Counted from the stretch's first letter, positions 8,633-20,323 are shown. The stretch: DNA of 64,000 nt from an uncultured delta proteobacterium (GCA_963729715.1 CAVSPA010000006.1:256001-320000); one strand, 5' to 3'. The notes: generated from the sequence alone by a model not told the origin. Program-made: numbers and translations.

Positions 8633-10327
8633 CTATTGAGTTTTCTCTTGCTTGCTCATCTTATAGGAGACAATAACACTTCTATCGGAAACAGACCCGC
8701 CCACCGACAGGACGAGGGCAAGCACTATCTCTTTCTGCCCGTCATTGTCGAGGTCCTTCAACTGGTAGTCGGCTACGTAGCCGCTGATCTTTCTTGTTTT
8801 CCAATTTTCAACAAGACCGAGACCATCCCATTCAAGGTCGTATATCTCACTTGATGTGAAAACCTTTACATTCTTGAGCACTCTTCCGACGGATGACAGG
8901 TTTTTCACGATAATAAGTTCCTTCTTGCCTTCTTTGCCGGTATCAAGAGTCAGAATTCTCGAATTAATGAAGGTAATTTTGTTTTCATTATCCGGCGAAA
9001 GATCATCATTTACTATCGCGGTGTTGCTTCCCCCGTAGTTGTCATCGCTTTTGTAGATTCGTTCAGGGCTTCCCCCTAGGCGCTGAAGACTCATGAGGGG
9101 TTTGTCCGTTGGTTCGTATATGGAAAGATAGTCATAATTATCAAGAGCTATTATCTTTTCACCTCCGCCGGTTCCGAGATTATCCATTGCGAGACCGTAG
9201 ACGGAAAGTCCCACGGGGATTTTCATCGTCTTTCCCTCTTTGTATTTTCCCTCCTCCCATATTATCTCATGTATGGGGTTGCTGAAGGGCGTCTCCATTC
9301 CCCTGGTCTGACCCAGCAGGATAGGCCCCGCAGGAGCGTCAATGACCCTCATGTACCAGGGCAGCTTTGAGGCGATCTCTACGAACTTTCCGTCCCTGTA
9401 TTCAAGGACAAAGGAATCAACCATATTTCGCGTCATGCTGGTGACGATGATTTCTTTAACGCCGTTTCTATTGATGTCAGCCACGTCGACGGCAAGAAAA
9501 TTTTGGGATGATTTCCCCGGTATCTTTTGAAGCAGGACAAAATCTTTGTCTTTCTTTTGGTATATCATGACGTTATGCGTATCGATAATGACGACTTTAT
9601 TCAGACCGTCACCCGTGACATCACCAATATCCATGCCCCTGAATTCGGTAGGAAATTTTTGACTCATCCAGAAACCTTTTCTATCGAGAGGCCTGGCAGA
9701 GGTTATGAAGTCAGGGTTGATGACAGAGGTGAAGGTGCCTTTCTTGCTCTTCTTCATCCCTCCGATGATCTCCGATTCACGGGAATCCTGCGGCGTCTGC
9801 TGCTGCTGCGGCGCCGGCGCTGACGCCTGCGGCGTGGCGAAGGACGGTGGGACAGTGCCGAGGATATTGTTGTCTATGTTACGGGCAAAGTCATTGATCT
9901 TCGCTATGACCTCGTCCATGCCCTGGCTCTGAGTAAAGAGACTTACCGTCGACTTGTTCGCAGCGATATCTACAAGCTTCCCGTCTATGCTTATACTATT
10001 GCCAAACTTTGTAATGCTTCCGTATACGACAAAATCGGCATTCATTTTTTTCCCGAGGCCGTAAATATCTTGAACGGCCAGATCCTTCCCTTCCTTTCCT
10101 TTCATCGCCTGCAGGACGGAATCCTTGCTGATGACCTCTATCTTGTCAGTGACGGCGATCCGGGAAGAGAGCATGTCCCAGATACCCTGTTTGACATAGT
10201 CAATGCTTTCTGCGCTGTGTACGGAAAATGGCAGCACAGCCACTGTTTTTTCACCTTTTGCCGCGAGCGCGCCGAATGCCGTAAACAAAAGAAGTAAACA
10301 TATCATCAGTTTTATAATGGTTTTCAT
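8633..10327 (-). CDS. Secreted protein with CsgG/TolB-N-like domain and FG-GAP/VCBS repeats
   Basis: Signal peptide, VAVLPF...ADFVVYGSIT, repeated DVTGDG / DINRNGVKEIIV / DLDNDGQKEIV. Confidence 0.75.
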   Translation of the reverse strand: MKTIIKLMICLLLLFTAFGALAAKGEKTVAVLPFSVHSAESIDYVKQGIWDMLSSRIAVTDKIEVISKDSVLQAMKGKEGKDLAVQDIYGLGKKMNADFVVYGSITKFGNSISIDGKLVDIAANKSTVSLFTQSQGMDEVIAKINDFARNIDNNILGTVPPSFATPQASAPAPQQQQTPQDSRESEIIGGMKKSKKGTFTSVINPDFITSARPLDRKGFWMSQKFPTEFRGMDIGDVTGDGLNKVVIIDTHNVMIYQKKDKDFVLLQKIPGKSSQNFLAVDVADINRNGVKEIIVTSMTRNMVDSFVLEYRDGKFVEIASKLPWYMRVIDAPAGPILLGQTRGMETPFSNPIHEIIWEEGKYKEGKTMKIPVGLSVYGLAMDNLGTGGGEKIIALDNYDYLSIYEPTDKPLMSLQRLGGSPERIYKSDDNYGGSNTAIVNDDLSPDNENKITFINSRILTLDTGKEGKKELIIVKNLSSVGRVLKNVKVFTSSEIYDLEWDGLGLVENWKTRKISGYVADYQLKDLDNDGQKEIVLALVLSVGGSVSDRSVIVSYKMSKQEKTQ

Positions 10328-10707
10328 AATTTCGCCTTCTGAGAGTCCTTCTTTATTGTTTTTTTGTTAACAACCAGCGTAACGTTCACTGCAATGTATT
10401 TACCTTCCTTCTTGATGAAGCTGACTTTTACTTTATCCCCGACCTCTATTTTCTCCGTTGGTTTATCGAGAATAAACTCTATCAATTCCACTTCTCCCTT
10501 AAGGGCACGCTCAACCACGATTGTCGTATCAGAGAGTCCTTTGACTACCCCGACAAAAGTCACCCTGGTCCTTTTCGCTGTTCTGACAACGGGTGCTTCG
10601 GACGAACCAACTTTGGCAGGAACTGTAGAAGATATTTTAGTGGCGAAGATGGAAATCAATAAAACAGCGATCGCTCCTGCTGTAGAAACCATCGTCAGAT
10701 GCTTCAT
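10324..10707 (-). CDS. Small exported beta-rich (OB-fold-like) hypothetical protein
   Basis: Hydrophobic N-terminus and IEVGDKVKVSF motif. Stop overlaps the downstream start codon. Confidence 0.65.
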   Translation of the reverse strand: MKHLTMVSTAGAIAVLLISIFATKISSTVPAKVGSSEAPVVRTAKRTRVTFVGVVKGLSDTTIVVERALKGEVELIEFILDKPTEKIEVGDKVKVSFIKKEGKYIAVNVTLVVNKKTIKKDSQKAKL

Positions 10708-10714
10708 GAAGAAC

Positions 10715-11255
10715 AAACCCTGGATACCCCGTGCGGAAGCACGGGGAGGAAAGGGTTTCCTTTCTTTAAGAATTGAGTATAATACGTTGCATGACTCTCA
10801 AACGAATGAGCCATGCGGTTTATGATACGAGATACCATCTTGTATGGGCACCGAAGTATCGCGAGTGGATATTGAGGGAAAAGGTACGCGAAGCGGTAAA
10901 GGAATTGTTTCAAGAGATACTGGCAGCACGAGACTGTGAGATAGTGGAGATGGAGATAGCGGAGGATCATGTTCACATATTTACGAGTATACCACCCAGA
11001 TATTCTGTTGGAGAGATAGTGAGGATTCTGAAGAGCGTGAGTGCACGAGAAATCTTTGTGAGATATCCGGAGGTAAAGAGAGAGCTGTGGGGTGGAGAAT
11101 TTTGGGAAGATGGCTATTTTGTTAGGACAGTTGGAGACAAAGTAACCAGTGATACGATAAAGAAGTATATAGAATATCATAGGCATGAAGAAAAGGCTCC
11201 TAAGCAGTTGGATTTTGAGTTTTAATGCCCCGTGCGGAAGCACGGGGTTCTTTAC
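10715..11255 (+). mobile_element. IS200/IS605-family insertion sequence (tnpA only)
   Basis: Identical subterminal hairpins CCCCGTGCGGAAGCACGGGG at 10727-10746 and 11228-11247 flank tnpA. Exact ends are uncertain by a few bases. Confidence 0.9.
10791..11225 (+). CDS. tnpA: IS200/IS605 Y1 (HUH) transposase
   Basis: YHLVWAPKYR, EDHVH (HUH), FWEDGYF, KKYIE catalytic Tyr. TATAAT at 10778-10783. Confidence 0.95.
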   Translation: MTLKRMSHAVYDTRYHLVWAPKYREWILREKVREAVKELFQEILAARDCEIVEMEIAEDHVHIFTSIPPRYSVGEIVRILKSVSAREIFVRYPEVKRELWGGEFWEDGYFVRTVGDKVTSDTIKKYIEYHRHEEKAPKQLDFEF

Positions 11256-11595
11256 TCTCGGCGCCATCTTTTCCGATATTTTAAAAGTGAATTTGGAAAA
11301 ATTTATACGTCATCCCCGGGGCATCTTCAAACAAGGGAATCATTGAGTGAACAGCAAGAAATGTACCGGGCGGAATGCTGTATGCTAAGCGTCGAATATA
11401 GCTGAATATTATCTCATAGACGCCGGGACGTCTCAAGCGACAGTGGATAAAATGTATCCGATTTAAGTATCCAGTTGATTAAAAAATATCCAGTCCAATT
11501 GCCTGATTAATATTTTGCTCTTAAGCTACTGGAGATCAATCAGATGATCCATTTTCCGACGTGGTTCAAGTCAGCATGAAAGCGAGATTGTTTGT

Positions 11596-11622
11596 TAAAG
11601 TTTTTTTTAAAATCGCCGATAC
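11596..11622 (+). promoter_or_regulatory. Sigma28 (FliA) promoter
   Basis: TAAA(11596-99)-N15-GCCGATAC(11615-22), matching TAAA-N15-GCCGATAA, 24 nt before the ATG at 11647. Confidence 0.75.
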
Positions 11623-11646
11623 AATTAAAAAAGGGTATGACAACAC

Positions 11647-12195
11647 ATGTCAAGCATCTCCGGATTAAATACCAGCAATATATATAATCTATTATCTTCC
11701 TCGCAAAGCAGTTCCCAGACATCGAACTCAACAGCTTCCAAGTCTGCGACTGTTTCACAACCTGCGTCTTCATCTTCAAACAATTTAAAGGACATGGTTA
11801 ATCTGATTCTTACGCAAAGCAGCGAATCATTAATTCAGTCCTTGTTTGAGCCAAAGTCGTCTCAGGATTTTACGAGCCTTCTGGAAACTTCTGAAACATT
11901 GAATGCAGTGACAAAGACCAATTTACTTGCGTCCAATTCCCAACTTGCAGAAGCTCTACTCGGTGAGACATTATCATCCACTCCCCTTGAAACTACTGCC
12001 GCGTCTCCTGATTCCACTTCGCAGTCCACGGCGTCTTCAGACATTGCATTGAATCTCTTGGATGCCATAGAGCAGACAAATTCTTCTCAGACGAATACTG
12101 ATCAGACACAAACCCTTCTCCAAATGTTGCAGTCCAACAACACAGATGCAACATCATCCAACTCCCTCGGCTCAATACTGGATTTGATTGCCTGA
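11647..12195 (+). CDS. Ser/Thr/Gln-rich hypothetical protein
   Basis: 182 aa low-complexity ORF starting MSSISG and ending GSILDLIA, preceded by a sigma28 motif. Confidence 0.75.
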   Translation: MSSISGLNTSNIYNLLSSSQSSSQTSNSTASKSATVSQPASSSSNNLKDMVNLILTQSSESLIQSLFEPKSSQDFTSLLETSETLNAVTKTNLLASNSQLAEALLGETLSSTPLETTAASPDSTSQSTASSDIALNLLDAIEQTNSSQTNTDQTQTLLQMLQSNNTDATSSNSLGSILDLIA

Positions 12196-12445
12196 ACACA
12201 GCCAAACATTTCCCGTGCCCTCACGTCGTATCACACCTTATTCCGACGACAACGGTTGCTCGACCGTCCGATTATATTCCTTTCAAGAAATCCTGATTGG
12301 CCTTTAGGAAAATTTTACCGGCTGCAGACTCTGGGTTAACATTTATTTCCCGATGGTCCTCGGGAGCGCAATTCATCACCACAAAGGTATTCCGTAAACC
12401 ACCGTGGAATCAAGATGTTGGCAGCATCATTTGGCCTGCCTGCTC

Positions 12446-12461
12446 TGGCATAGGGCTTGCT
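12446..12461 (+). promoter_or_regulatory. Sigma54 -24/-12 promoter
   Basis: TGGCATAGGGCTTGCT with exact GG-N10-GC spacing. Confidence 0.7.
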
Positions 12462-12529
12462 ACCAGCAAGCGTGACGAAGACCGTAGCAGGAGAAAGGAA
12501 ACGGCATATTTAGATTAAGGAGGACTATC

Positions 12530-13000
12530 ATGACAGTATCAGGAATATCCACAGGCACCGATCTTAACCAGACTAGCAGCGCACAAACGAAATTCAAGCA
12601 AGTTAAGTATGATTATCAGCTGCTCGGTCAGGCTTTGCAGTCGGGTGACCTGAATGCAGCCCAACAGGCATTCGCGGCGCTCCAGCAATTGATACCCAAT
12701 TTATCGTCCGGCAGTCAGGCGCAGAACGGACAGCAAGGCAGCAGCCAAAATCCGCTTCTCGGTGATCTCAATGCGATCGGTAAGGCGCTCCAATCAGGAG
12801 ATCTGTCAGCAGCAAAGTCTGCTTTTGCAAAACTGCAGCAGGATGTCCAGTCGGTATCTCATAAGGGACATCATCATCGTCATCCTAAAACGGGCGGCGC
12901 TCAGACTGCACTCGCAAGCTTTCTCGACAATTACAACCAGACTAATGGAACCAGCAGCACCTCTCCATCTATTGGCCGGAACATTAATATAACGACGTGA
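12530..13000 (+). CDS. Hypothetical protein with two (L/I)GxALQSGDLxAAxxAFxxLQQ repeats and a His-rich patch
   Basis: Strong RBS (AAGGAGG), internal duplication, HKGHHHRH, ends GRNINITT. Confidence 0.8.
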   Translation: MTVSGISTGTDLNQTSSAQTKFKQVKYDYQLLGQALQSGDLNAAQQAFAALQQLIPNLSSGSQAQNGQQGSSQNPLLGDLNAIGKALQSGDLSAAKSAFAKLQQDVQSVSHKGHHHRHPKTGGAQTALASFLDNYNQTNGTSSTSPSIGRNINITT

Positions 13001-13047
13001 AATAAAAAGAGTCTGTGCCAGGGAGCAAAGCATATCGCGTAGATCGG

Positions 13048-14121
13048 CTACTTTGCCATCAGGCGCATCTTGCCGACGATCGCATCAGTGACATCCTTTG
13101 TTTTTGCCGTGCCTCCCAAATCCGGCGTCAGCACACGGCCCTCCGCCGTCACGGCCTTGATCGCGGAATCTATCAACTTTGCCGTTTCCTTGTGGCCTAA
13201 GAAATCGAGCATCATCGCGCCGCACCAAATCATCGCGATCGGGTTCGCGATACCTTTACCCATGATGTCGGGCGCGGAGCCATGCACCGGCTCGAACATC
13301 GATGGATAATCACGTTCAGGATTGATGTTACCGCTGGGCGCAATCCCCAAGCTGCTGCTGATTGCTGCAGCGATGTCGGTGAGAATGTCGCCAAACAAAT
13401 TCGACGCGACAACCACATCGAGCGATTCCGGATGCGAAATGAACCGCGCCGCGAGTGCATCGATCAACACACGCTCGACAGCCACATCCGGAAATTCCCG
13501 GCCCACCTCGGTCACCACTTCGTCCCAGAACGTGAATGAATGCTGCTGTGCATTCGATTTTGTTGCACTCACCAGTTTCTTACGACGGCCCTGTGCAAGC
13601 CTGTATGCGTACCGCGCGACGCGCGAGACGCCGACTCGCGAGAACACGGACGTTTCTACTGCGATCTCGATGGGCAAGCCGCGGTGTGCACGGCCGCCCG
13701 CACCAGTGTACTCGCCTTCGGTGTTTTCACGAATGACGATGAAATCAATGTCGCCGGCTTTTTTGTTTGCGAGCGGCGTCTTCACGCCGGGCAGGAGCTC
13801 GGTCGGGCGATAGCAAACGTACTGTTCGAACCCCTGGCAAATCGGCAGGCGCAGGCCGCGCAGGGAAATGTGGTCGGGCACCGCAGGGGAGCCGACCGCG
13901 CCGAAATAAATCGCGTCGAATTGTTTGAGGAGCTTGAGGCCATCATCCGCCATCATCTTGCCGTGCTTGAGATAATAGTTGCAGCCGTATGGAAAATACT
14001 CGTATTTGAATTTGCACTCTCCGATCAAGTCACCTGCGACATCCAACGCCTTCACCCCCTCGGGAATGACTTCTTCTCCGATCCCATCTGCCGGAATGAC
14101 GGCAATGTTGTGGTCCTTCAT
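13048..14121 (-). CDS. Tartrate/D-malate dehydrogenase (decarboxylating, IMDH/IDH family)
   Basis: [46 protein letters not shown]. Confidence 0.88.
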   Translation of the reverse strand: MKDHNIAVIPADGIGEEVIPEGVKALDVAGDLIGECKFKYEYFPYGCNYYLKHGKMMADDGLKLLKQFDAIYFGAVGSPAVPDHISLRGLRLPICQGFEQYVCYRPTELLPGVKTPLANKKAGDIDFIVIRENTEGEYTGAGGRAHRGLPIEIAVETSVFSRVGVSRVARYAYRLAQGRRKKLVSATKSNAQQHSFTFWDEVVTEVGREFPDVAVERVLIDALAARFISHPESLDVVVASNLFGDILTDIAAAISSSLGIAPSGNINPERDYPSMFEPVHGSAPDIMGKGIANPIAMIWCGAMMLDFLGHKETAKLIDSAIKAVTAEGRVLTPDLGGTAKTKDVTDAIVGKMRLMAK

Positions 14122-14499
14122 TTTTTGACTTACCTTCAAGATATGGATTTAATCCCGCTAGGATCGAGCCTGCCGTTTGTGATCTTGCGTGTATTGATCA
14201 ACTGTTTTCCGGAATGCGGGTCATTGTCAAGAACAAAATGGGATCGACAATGTTTTCTTTTTCCTTATTGATTGAAGTTCTGAATATCCGTCTTAAACAA
14301 AATGGAAGATTTCAATCGTCATTTGTGATATTTGCGAGGGAGTTAAGAACGATATTCCATAGTCAAAATTACCCTGCAAGCATCGGTAGCATCATGATTA
14401 TGATCACAACCCCCTTTTTCTAGGGTGTGAGAAAAGTTTTTCCACATATAGTAATAGTTTCATCTGCAAGATCCACCTGGTTGAAAAGAGGACGTTGTT

Positions 14500-17400
14500 A
14501 TGAAAGACGAGATGAAGACAAAAAAGCAACTCATCGATGAACTGATAACCATCCGTAAACGAGTGGCGGAAGGTGAAGTATCAAAGGACAAACAAGAGTC
14601 CCATGGTGATTTACTGTTGAAAAGCGGTGAGCCCTTCCGATATTTCGTGGATAATGCTAATGATATCGTCTATTCTCTGACGTCTGACGGCTTCTTCACA
14701 TATGTCTCCCCCAATTGGACGGAAATACTGGGGCATGACATCCACGAAGTTGTAGGCCAGTCGTTCGAGTCCTTTGTGCATCCCGAGGATATTCCTCTCT
14801 GTCGCGCTTTTCTGGAACGGGTCGTAGCAACGGGAAAAAAGCAAGCTGGGGTCGAATATCGGGTGCAACATAAAGCTGGCGCATGGCGGTGGCATACTTC
14901 GAATGCTTCGCCCATGCGCAATTCCAATGATGAAACGCTTTCATATATGGGCATAGCTCGTGACATCACCGACCGCAAGCGGGCAGAGGAAGAACTCAGA
15001 GAGAACGAAGGGAAGTATAGATCCCTCTACCAGGAATTCCGTGGGATTCTCGATGCCATTCCTGATGGTCTAACTCTACTTTCGCCGGATTTGGAGATTG
15101 TTTGGGAGAATGAGCTGGCGAAGTCGGGGAATTTAGAGCATTCGGATGTTATCAGTCAACACTGTTACCATATAAAACATGGGCGATCAGAACCCTGTGA
15201 ATCATGTGTCGCGCCAGAGTGTCTGTCTTCCAGGCAGCCGAAGGTGGGAGAAAGCATAACTCCCGACGGAAGGATCTGGGAATTGCGTTTCTTCCCCTTC
15301 TTTGACGACAAGGGGGACGTAAAAGGAGTGATCGAGGTTGCTCACAATATCACCGAGCGGAAAAAAGCGGAGGACGCGCTGAGGGAATCGGAAAACCGAT
15401 ACCGGGCCATTTTTGAAACTACGGGGACCACAATGATGATCGTTGAGGAAGATATGACTATTTCCCTTGCAAACCATGGATTTGAAAGCCTGACCGGGTA
15501 CAAACGAGAGGAGATAGAAGGTAAGAAAAGGTGGACGGAATTCGTTGAAAAAGGTGATTTAGAAAAGATGTTCACGCAACATCAGTTGCGAAGGGCAGAT
15601 TCGGGTCTTGTGAAGAAAAGTTATGAGTTTCGACTTGTACACATAGACGGCCACCTGAAGAACATATTCTTAACCGTCGATGTGATACCGGGTACAAAGA
15701 GAAGTGTTGCTTCTCTTATGGACATCACTGACCGCAAGCAGGCAGAGGAGGCGCTCTGGGAGAGCGAGGCACGGTACAAACTGATCACTGACAACATGAC
15801 CGACACCGTATGGCTCATGGACATGAACCTTAAGACGACATGGTGCAGTCCATCTGTAGAGCGCAGCCGCGGATACAGTCTCGAGGAAATTAATGCCTTG
15901 CCGATGGAAAAACATGTCACTCCGGAATCAATAGAAATTATTCTCAAAACGTTATCAGAGGAATTGACGCCGGACAGGCTTCAGCAAAAGGATTTAAACA
16001 TATCAAGAGGACTGGAGTTGGAATTTTACAAAAAGGATGGATCCAGCTGTTGGAGTGAAGTCCGGTTTGCACTCCTCAGGGATCCCAAGGGAAGTCCCAT
16101 CGGCTTATTGGGTGTGGGACGTGACATCACAGAGCGCAACCGAATGGAACAGGCGTTACGGGAGAGCGAGGAGAGATACAGGTATCTTGTTAAGTATGCG
16201 CCTACCGGTATCTACGAGGTCGATTTAACAGCGCGAAAGTTCTTGAGCGTAAACGATGCCATGTGTCAGTACACCGGCTATACCAGAGAAGAATTTCTAT
16301 CGATGGACTCCGTGCAATTCCTCACCGAGGAAAGTCAGAGATCCCTTATACAAAGGCATTCCAAAGTCCTTGCGGGTGAGCCGGTCTCGGATAGCATCGA
16401 ATTACAGATAAAGCGCAAGAACGGCAGTGAGTTCTGTGGTATTCTCAATAGTCGCTACTTCCATGAACCGAACGATCGAATCCTTTCGACGGGCATCGTG
16501 CATGACATTACCGACCGGAAGCTGGCGGAGGAAGCCCTTCAGAAGTCGGAAGAAAAATACCGAACCATTCTGGAGAACATTGAGGAGGGCTATCACGAGG
16601 TAAACCTTGCCGGGAGCTTCACCTTTTTCAACGATTCATTCCAGGGGATTATGGGTTACAGCCGGGAAGAATTGATGGGCATGAGTTATAAGCAATATTC
16701 GGCTGATGAGGAAAATAGCCGGAATATTTTTCATGCCTACAACAAGGTCTACAGGACCGGAGGACCCTTAACGCGGTTTGAATGGGACATCATCAGAAAG
16801 GACGACGTGAGAAGAAGTCTTGAGGTATCTGCTTCTCTGATCAAGGACTCCTCGGGGAGGCCTCAGGGTTTTCGGGGGATCGTTACCGACATCACCGACC
16901 GTAAGCGCGCGGATGTTCAGCGCAGAGAAATGGAGGAACGTCTACGGCAAGCCGAGAAGATGGAGATGATAGGAATCCTGGCGGGAGGCGTGGCGCATGA
17001 TTTAAATAATGTTCTGGGCATCGTCATCGGCTACTCTGAGATGCTCCTTATGGATGCTAATCAGTCAGGATCGACGAGACCCAGTCTAGCGAAAATTATG
17101 AACGCGGGACAGAAGGCTGCTGCGATTGTGCAGGATCTGCTGACCCTGGCCAGAAGAGGAGTCCCTGGCAGAGAGGTTCTTAATCTGAATAAGATCATCG
17201 CCGAATGCCAGAAATCACCGGAGTTTGAGAAACTATCTTCTTACCACCCCTCTGTAAAGATCAAGACCGATCTTGATCCGCGTCTCTTGAATGTCTCTGG
17301 CTCTTCCGTGCATCTCGGCAAAACCTTATTCAATCTGGTTTCGAATGCGAGCGAAGCCATGCCGACAGGTGGCATTCTGACCATCAAAACGGCCAATCAG

Positions 17401-18090
17401 TATCTGGAGAAGCCCATTCATGGATATGATGAAGTCCGGGAGGGAGACTATGTCGTTCTTTCCATATCCGACACGGGTGAAGGAATACCGGCGGCTGATC
17501 TGAAACGCATCTTTGAGCCGTTTTACACAAAGAAGGTCATGGGGCGAAGCGGAACGGGATTGGGGTTGGCGGTGGTCTGGGGTACGGTGAAGGATCATTA
17601 CGGATACATTAACGTAGAGAGCGAAGAAGGGAAAGGGAGTACCTTTACCCTTTATTTTCCCGTAACGAGGAAAGACATCTCTGCTGAAGCTGTTGCCATA
17701 TCGATATCCGAATACATGGGGAAAGGCGAATCTATTCTCATTGTGGATGATGTTAAGGATCAGCGTGATCTGGCGGCAGGTATGCTCAGGAAGCTGAATT
17801 ACAATGTGTCGAGTGTTTCCAGTGGTGAGGAATCAATAGCGTACTTAAAGGAACACAAAATTGATCTCATGGTTCTCGACATGATTATGGACCCCGGTAT
17901 TGACGGACTGGACACCTACAGGAGTGTCCTTGAAATCCATCCGAAACAAAAAGCAATAATCGTGAGCGGTTTTTCGGAGACGGAGCGGGTGACTGTAGCC
18001 CAGACCCTCGGTGCGGGCGCCTATGTCAGAAAGCCCTATGTAATAGAAAAACTGGGACTTGCCGTGAGGACAGAGTTGGATAGAAAATAG
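14500..18090 (+). CDS. Cytoplasmic multi-PAS hybrid sensor histidine kinase with receiver domain
   Basis: Six PAS/PAC units ending (D/N)IT(D/E)R(K/N), H-box AHDLNN, DTGEG and GTGLGL boxes, C-terminal REC (LDMIMDP). Confidence 0.95.
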   Translation: MKDEMKTKKQLIDELITIRKRVAEGEVSKDKQESHGDLLLKSGEPFRYFVDNANDIVYSLTSDGFFTYVSPNWTEILGHDIHEVVGQSFESFVHPEDIPLCRAFLERVVATGKKQAGVEYRVQHKAGAWRWHTSNASPMRNSNDETLSYMGIARDITDRKRAEEELRENEGKYRSLYQEFRGILDAIPDGLTLLSPDLEIVWENELAKSGNLEHSDVISQHCYHIKHGRSEPCESCVAPECLSSRQPKVGESITPDGRIWELRFFPFFDDKGDVKGVIEVAHNITERKKAEDALRESENRYRAIFETTGTTMMIVEEDMTISLANHGFESLTGYKREEIEGKKRWTEFVEKGDLEKMFTQHQLRRADSGLVKKSYEFRLVHIDGHLKNIFLTVDVIPGTKRSVASLMDITDRKQAEEALWESEARYKLITDNMTDTVWLMDMNLKTTWCSPSVERSRGYSLEEINALPMEKHVTPESIEIILKTLSEELTPDRLQQKDLNISRGLELEFYKKDGSSCWSEVRFALLRDPKGSPIGLLGVGRDITERNRMEQALRESEERYRYLVKYAPTGIYEVDLTARKFLSVNDAMCQYTGYTREEFLSMDSVQFLTEESQRSLIQRHSKVLAGEPVSDSIELQIKRKNGSEFCGILNSRYFHEPNDRILSTGIVHDITDRKLAEEALQKSEEKYRTILENIEEGYHEVNLAGSFTFFNDSFQGIMGYSREELMGMSYKQYSADEENSRNIFHAYNKVYRTGGPLTRFEWDIIRKDDVRRSLEVSASLIKDSSGRPQGFRGIVTDITDRKRADVQRREMEERLRQAEKMEMIGILAGGVAHDLNNVLGIVIGYSEMLLMDANQSGSTRPSLAKIMNAGQKAAAIVQDLLTLARRGVPGREVLNLNKIIAECQKSPEFEKLSSYHPSVKIKTDLDPRLLNVSGSSVHLGKTLFNLVSNASEAMPTGGILTIKTANQYLEKPIHGYDEVREGDYVVLSISDTGEGIPAADLKRIFEPFYTKKVMGRSGTGLGLAVVWGTVKDHYGYINVESEEGKGSTFTLYFPVTRKDISAEAVAISISEYMGKGESILIVDDVKDQRDLAAGMLRKLNYNVSSVSSGEESIAYLKEHKIDLMVLDMIMDPGIDGLDTYRSVLEIHPKQKAIIVSGFSETERVTVAQTLGAGAYVRKPYVIEKLGLAVRTELDRK

Positions 18091-18222
18091 ATGGCTGCAT
18101 GAACTGCGCGACGCCCTATTTCATGAAGAAATAAATTTTGCGGAAAATTGGGACTAACTTTCAGGGAAAATGGAGTCGTCACCTTTCCTCTTCCTCTCCA
18201 AATCTCATTCCCCCCCCCACAC

Positions 18223-18249
18223 GTCATTCTCGCGGGGGCGGGAATCCAG
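18223..18249. repeat. REP-like palindrome GTCATTCTCGCG-GGG-GCGGGAATCCAG
   Basis: Lies between convergent genes. Same family as the palindrome split by the IS at 24650-26016. Confidence 0.65.
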
Positions 18250-18282
18250 TTAATCTCTTGTCTGAACTTAGCATGGAGGTCA

Positions 18283-18771
18283 TTATAACTTTATCCGATT
18301 AGTACGCCCGTCTTTAGATAAAAAGAGGTCACGGCTGCCAAAGGTCGTTTCAATAGAGGCCTTTCCTTCTATCTTGTAAGGCAGGTCATGACCGGTGATA
18401 ATTGTTTTCAGGCTATCGCCCAGATCTTTAAACTTTGCAACGACAGATACCTGCACCTGCGTTGTTGATAATGAAGGGACGGGAATCTCCTTTTCCAGGT
18501 GGCCTGTTCCGATTTCCTTGTTATCAAGGAAAAGGACGTATTCGAAAGACTTGAGCGTAAGGTCAAAGCGGTTCGGATTTTGAACGTCGAGACCGATGAT
18601 AAGGTTCGCCTCCGTAAGGGAACTGGGGCGGAGGCTGACCGTGATTTCACGGAGGACGAAGGAGGGTTTTTCCATGATCCAGCTCAGACAGGACATGAGA
18701 CACATGGAAAGGGTGAGCAGGAACAATATACCAAGATTCCCCATCCATTTTTTTATATTCAGATGTTTCAT
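18283..18771 (-). CDS. LEA type 2 / WHy-domain protein (probable lipoprotein)
   Basis: LDVQNPNRFDL, LPYKIEG, and a hydrophobic N-terminus with Cys. Confidence 0.85.
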   Translation of the reverse strand: MKHLNIKKWMGNLGILFLLTLSMCLMSCLSWIMEKPSFVLREITVSLRPSSLTEANLIIGLDVQNPNRFDLTLKSFEYVLFLDNKEIGTGHLEKEIPVPSLSTTQVQVSVVAKFKDLGDSLKTIITGHDLPYKIEGKASIETTFGSRDLFLSKDGRTNRIKL

Positions 18772-18805
18772 ACACTTTGAAAAAATATATATATATATGT
18801 TTAGT

Positions 18806-19132
18806 CTATTCGATATTGGCACTAACAACAGATGCCATTTGCATCATATCGATGGTCTGACCTTCCTTTAAATTTGTAAAATCAATTGATTTGCCAGTCT
18901 TGCTGGTAGTCTTAGTGTTGTTAAATATTTTAATTAATTTAGCGTCAGCCACAATATACTTGCCGGCATTTTCTGGTTTACCATTGATTATTTTGGTTTG
19001 TAGTTTGTTTGCTTTGATGTAATCCCACAATTTTTTTGTTATCTCAGTACGAGGAAGTGAGTTAGCACCCAGCAGTGCCGCCAATTCCGCTTTCAATTTT
19101 ACCGGTTTATTCAATCCTTTTTCTTCCGCCAT
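18806..19132 (-). CDS. Stand-alone SWIB/MDM2-domain protein
   Basis: LAALLG...PRTEITKKLWDYIKANKLQ...IVADAKL motif. Confidence 0.85.
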   Translation of the reverse strand: MAEEKGLNKPVKLKAELAALLGANSLPRTEITKKLWDYIKANKLQTKIINGKPENAGKYIVADAKLIKIFNNTKTTSKTGKSIDFTNLKEGQTIDMMQMASVVSANIE

Positions 19133-19273
19133 GTTTCTGCCTCCGTTCTTTAAATTGTCTTAGTATTTTTTTGATCAAATATTGCGGGGGGAGTATAGGA
19201 ACTTTCGGTTCTGCATGTCAAGGCAATACTGACCGTAATATATGTGGTGATGAATGAAAACTGAAGGTATTCT

Positions 19274-20323
<1,050 letters not shown>

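Noticed and set aside
10704..11267. 187-aa minus-strand ORF over the IS
   Set aside because: Antisense shadow of tnpA with no protein motifs.
14950..16900. Recurring GACATCAC(C/T)GACCG(C/T)AAG sequences as a CRISPR or DNA repeat array
   Set aside because: They encode the DITDRK ends of PAC motifs inside a CDS, spaced hundreds of bases apart. No cas genes are present.
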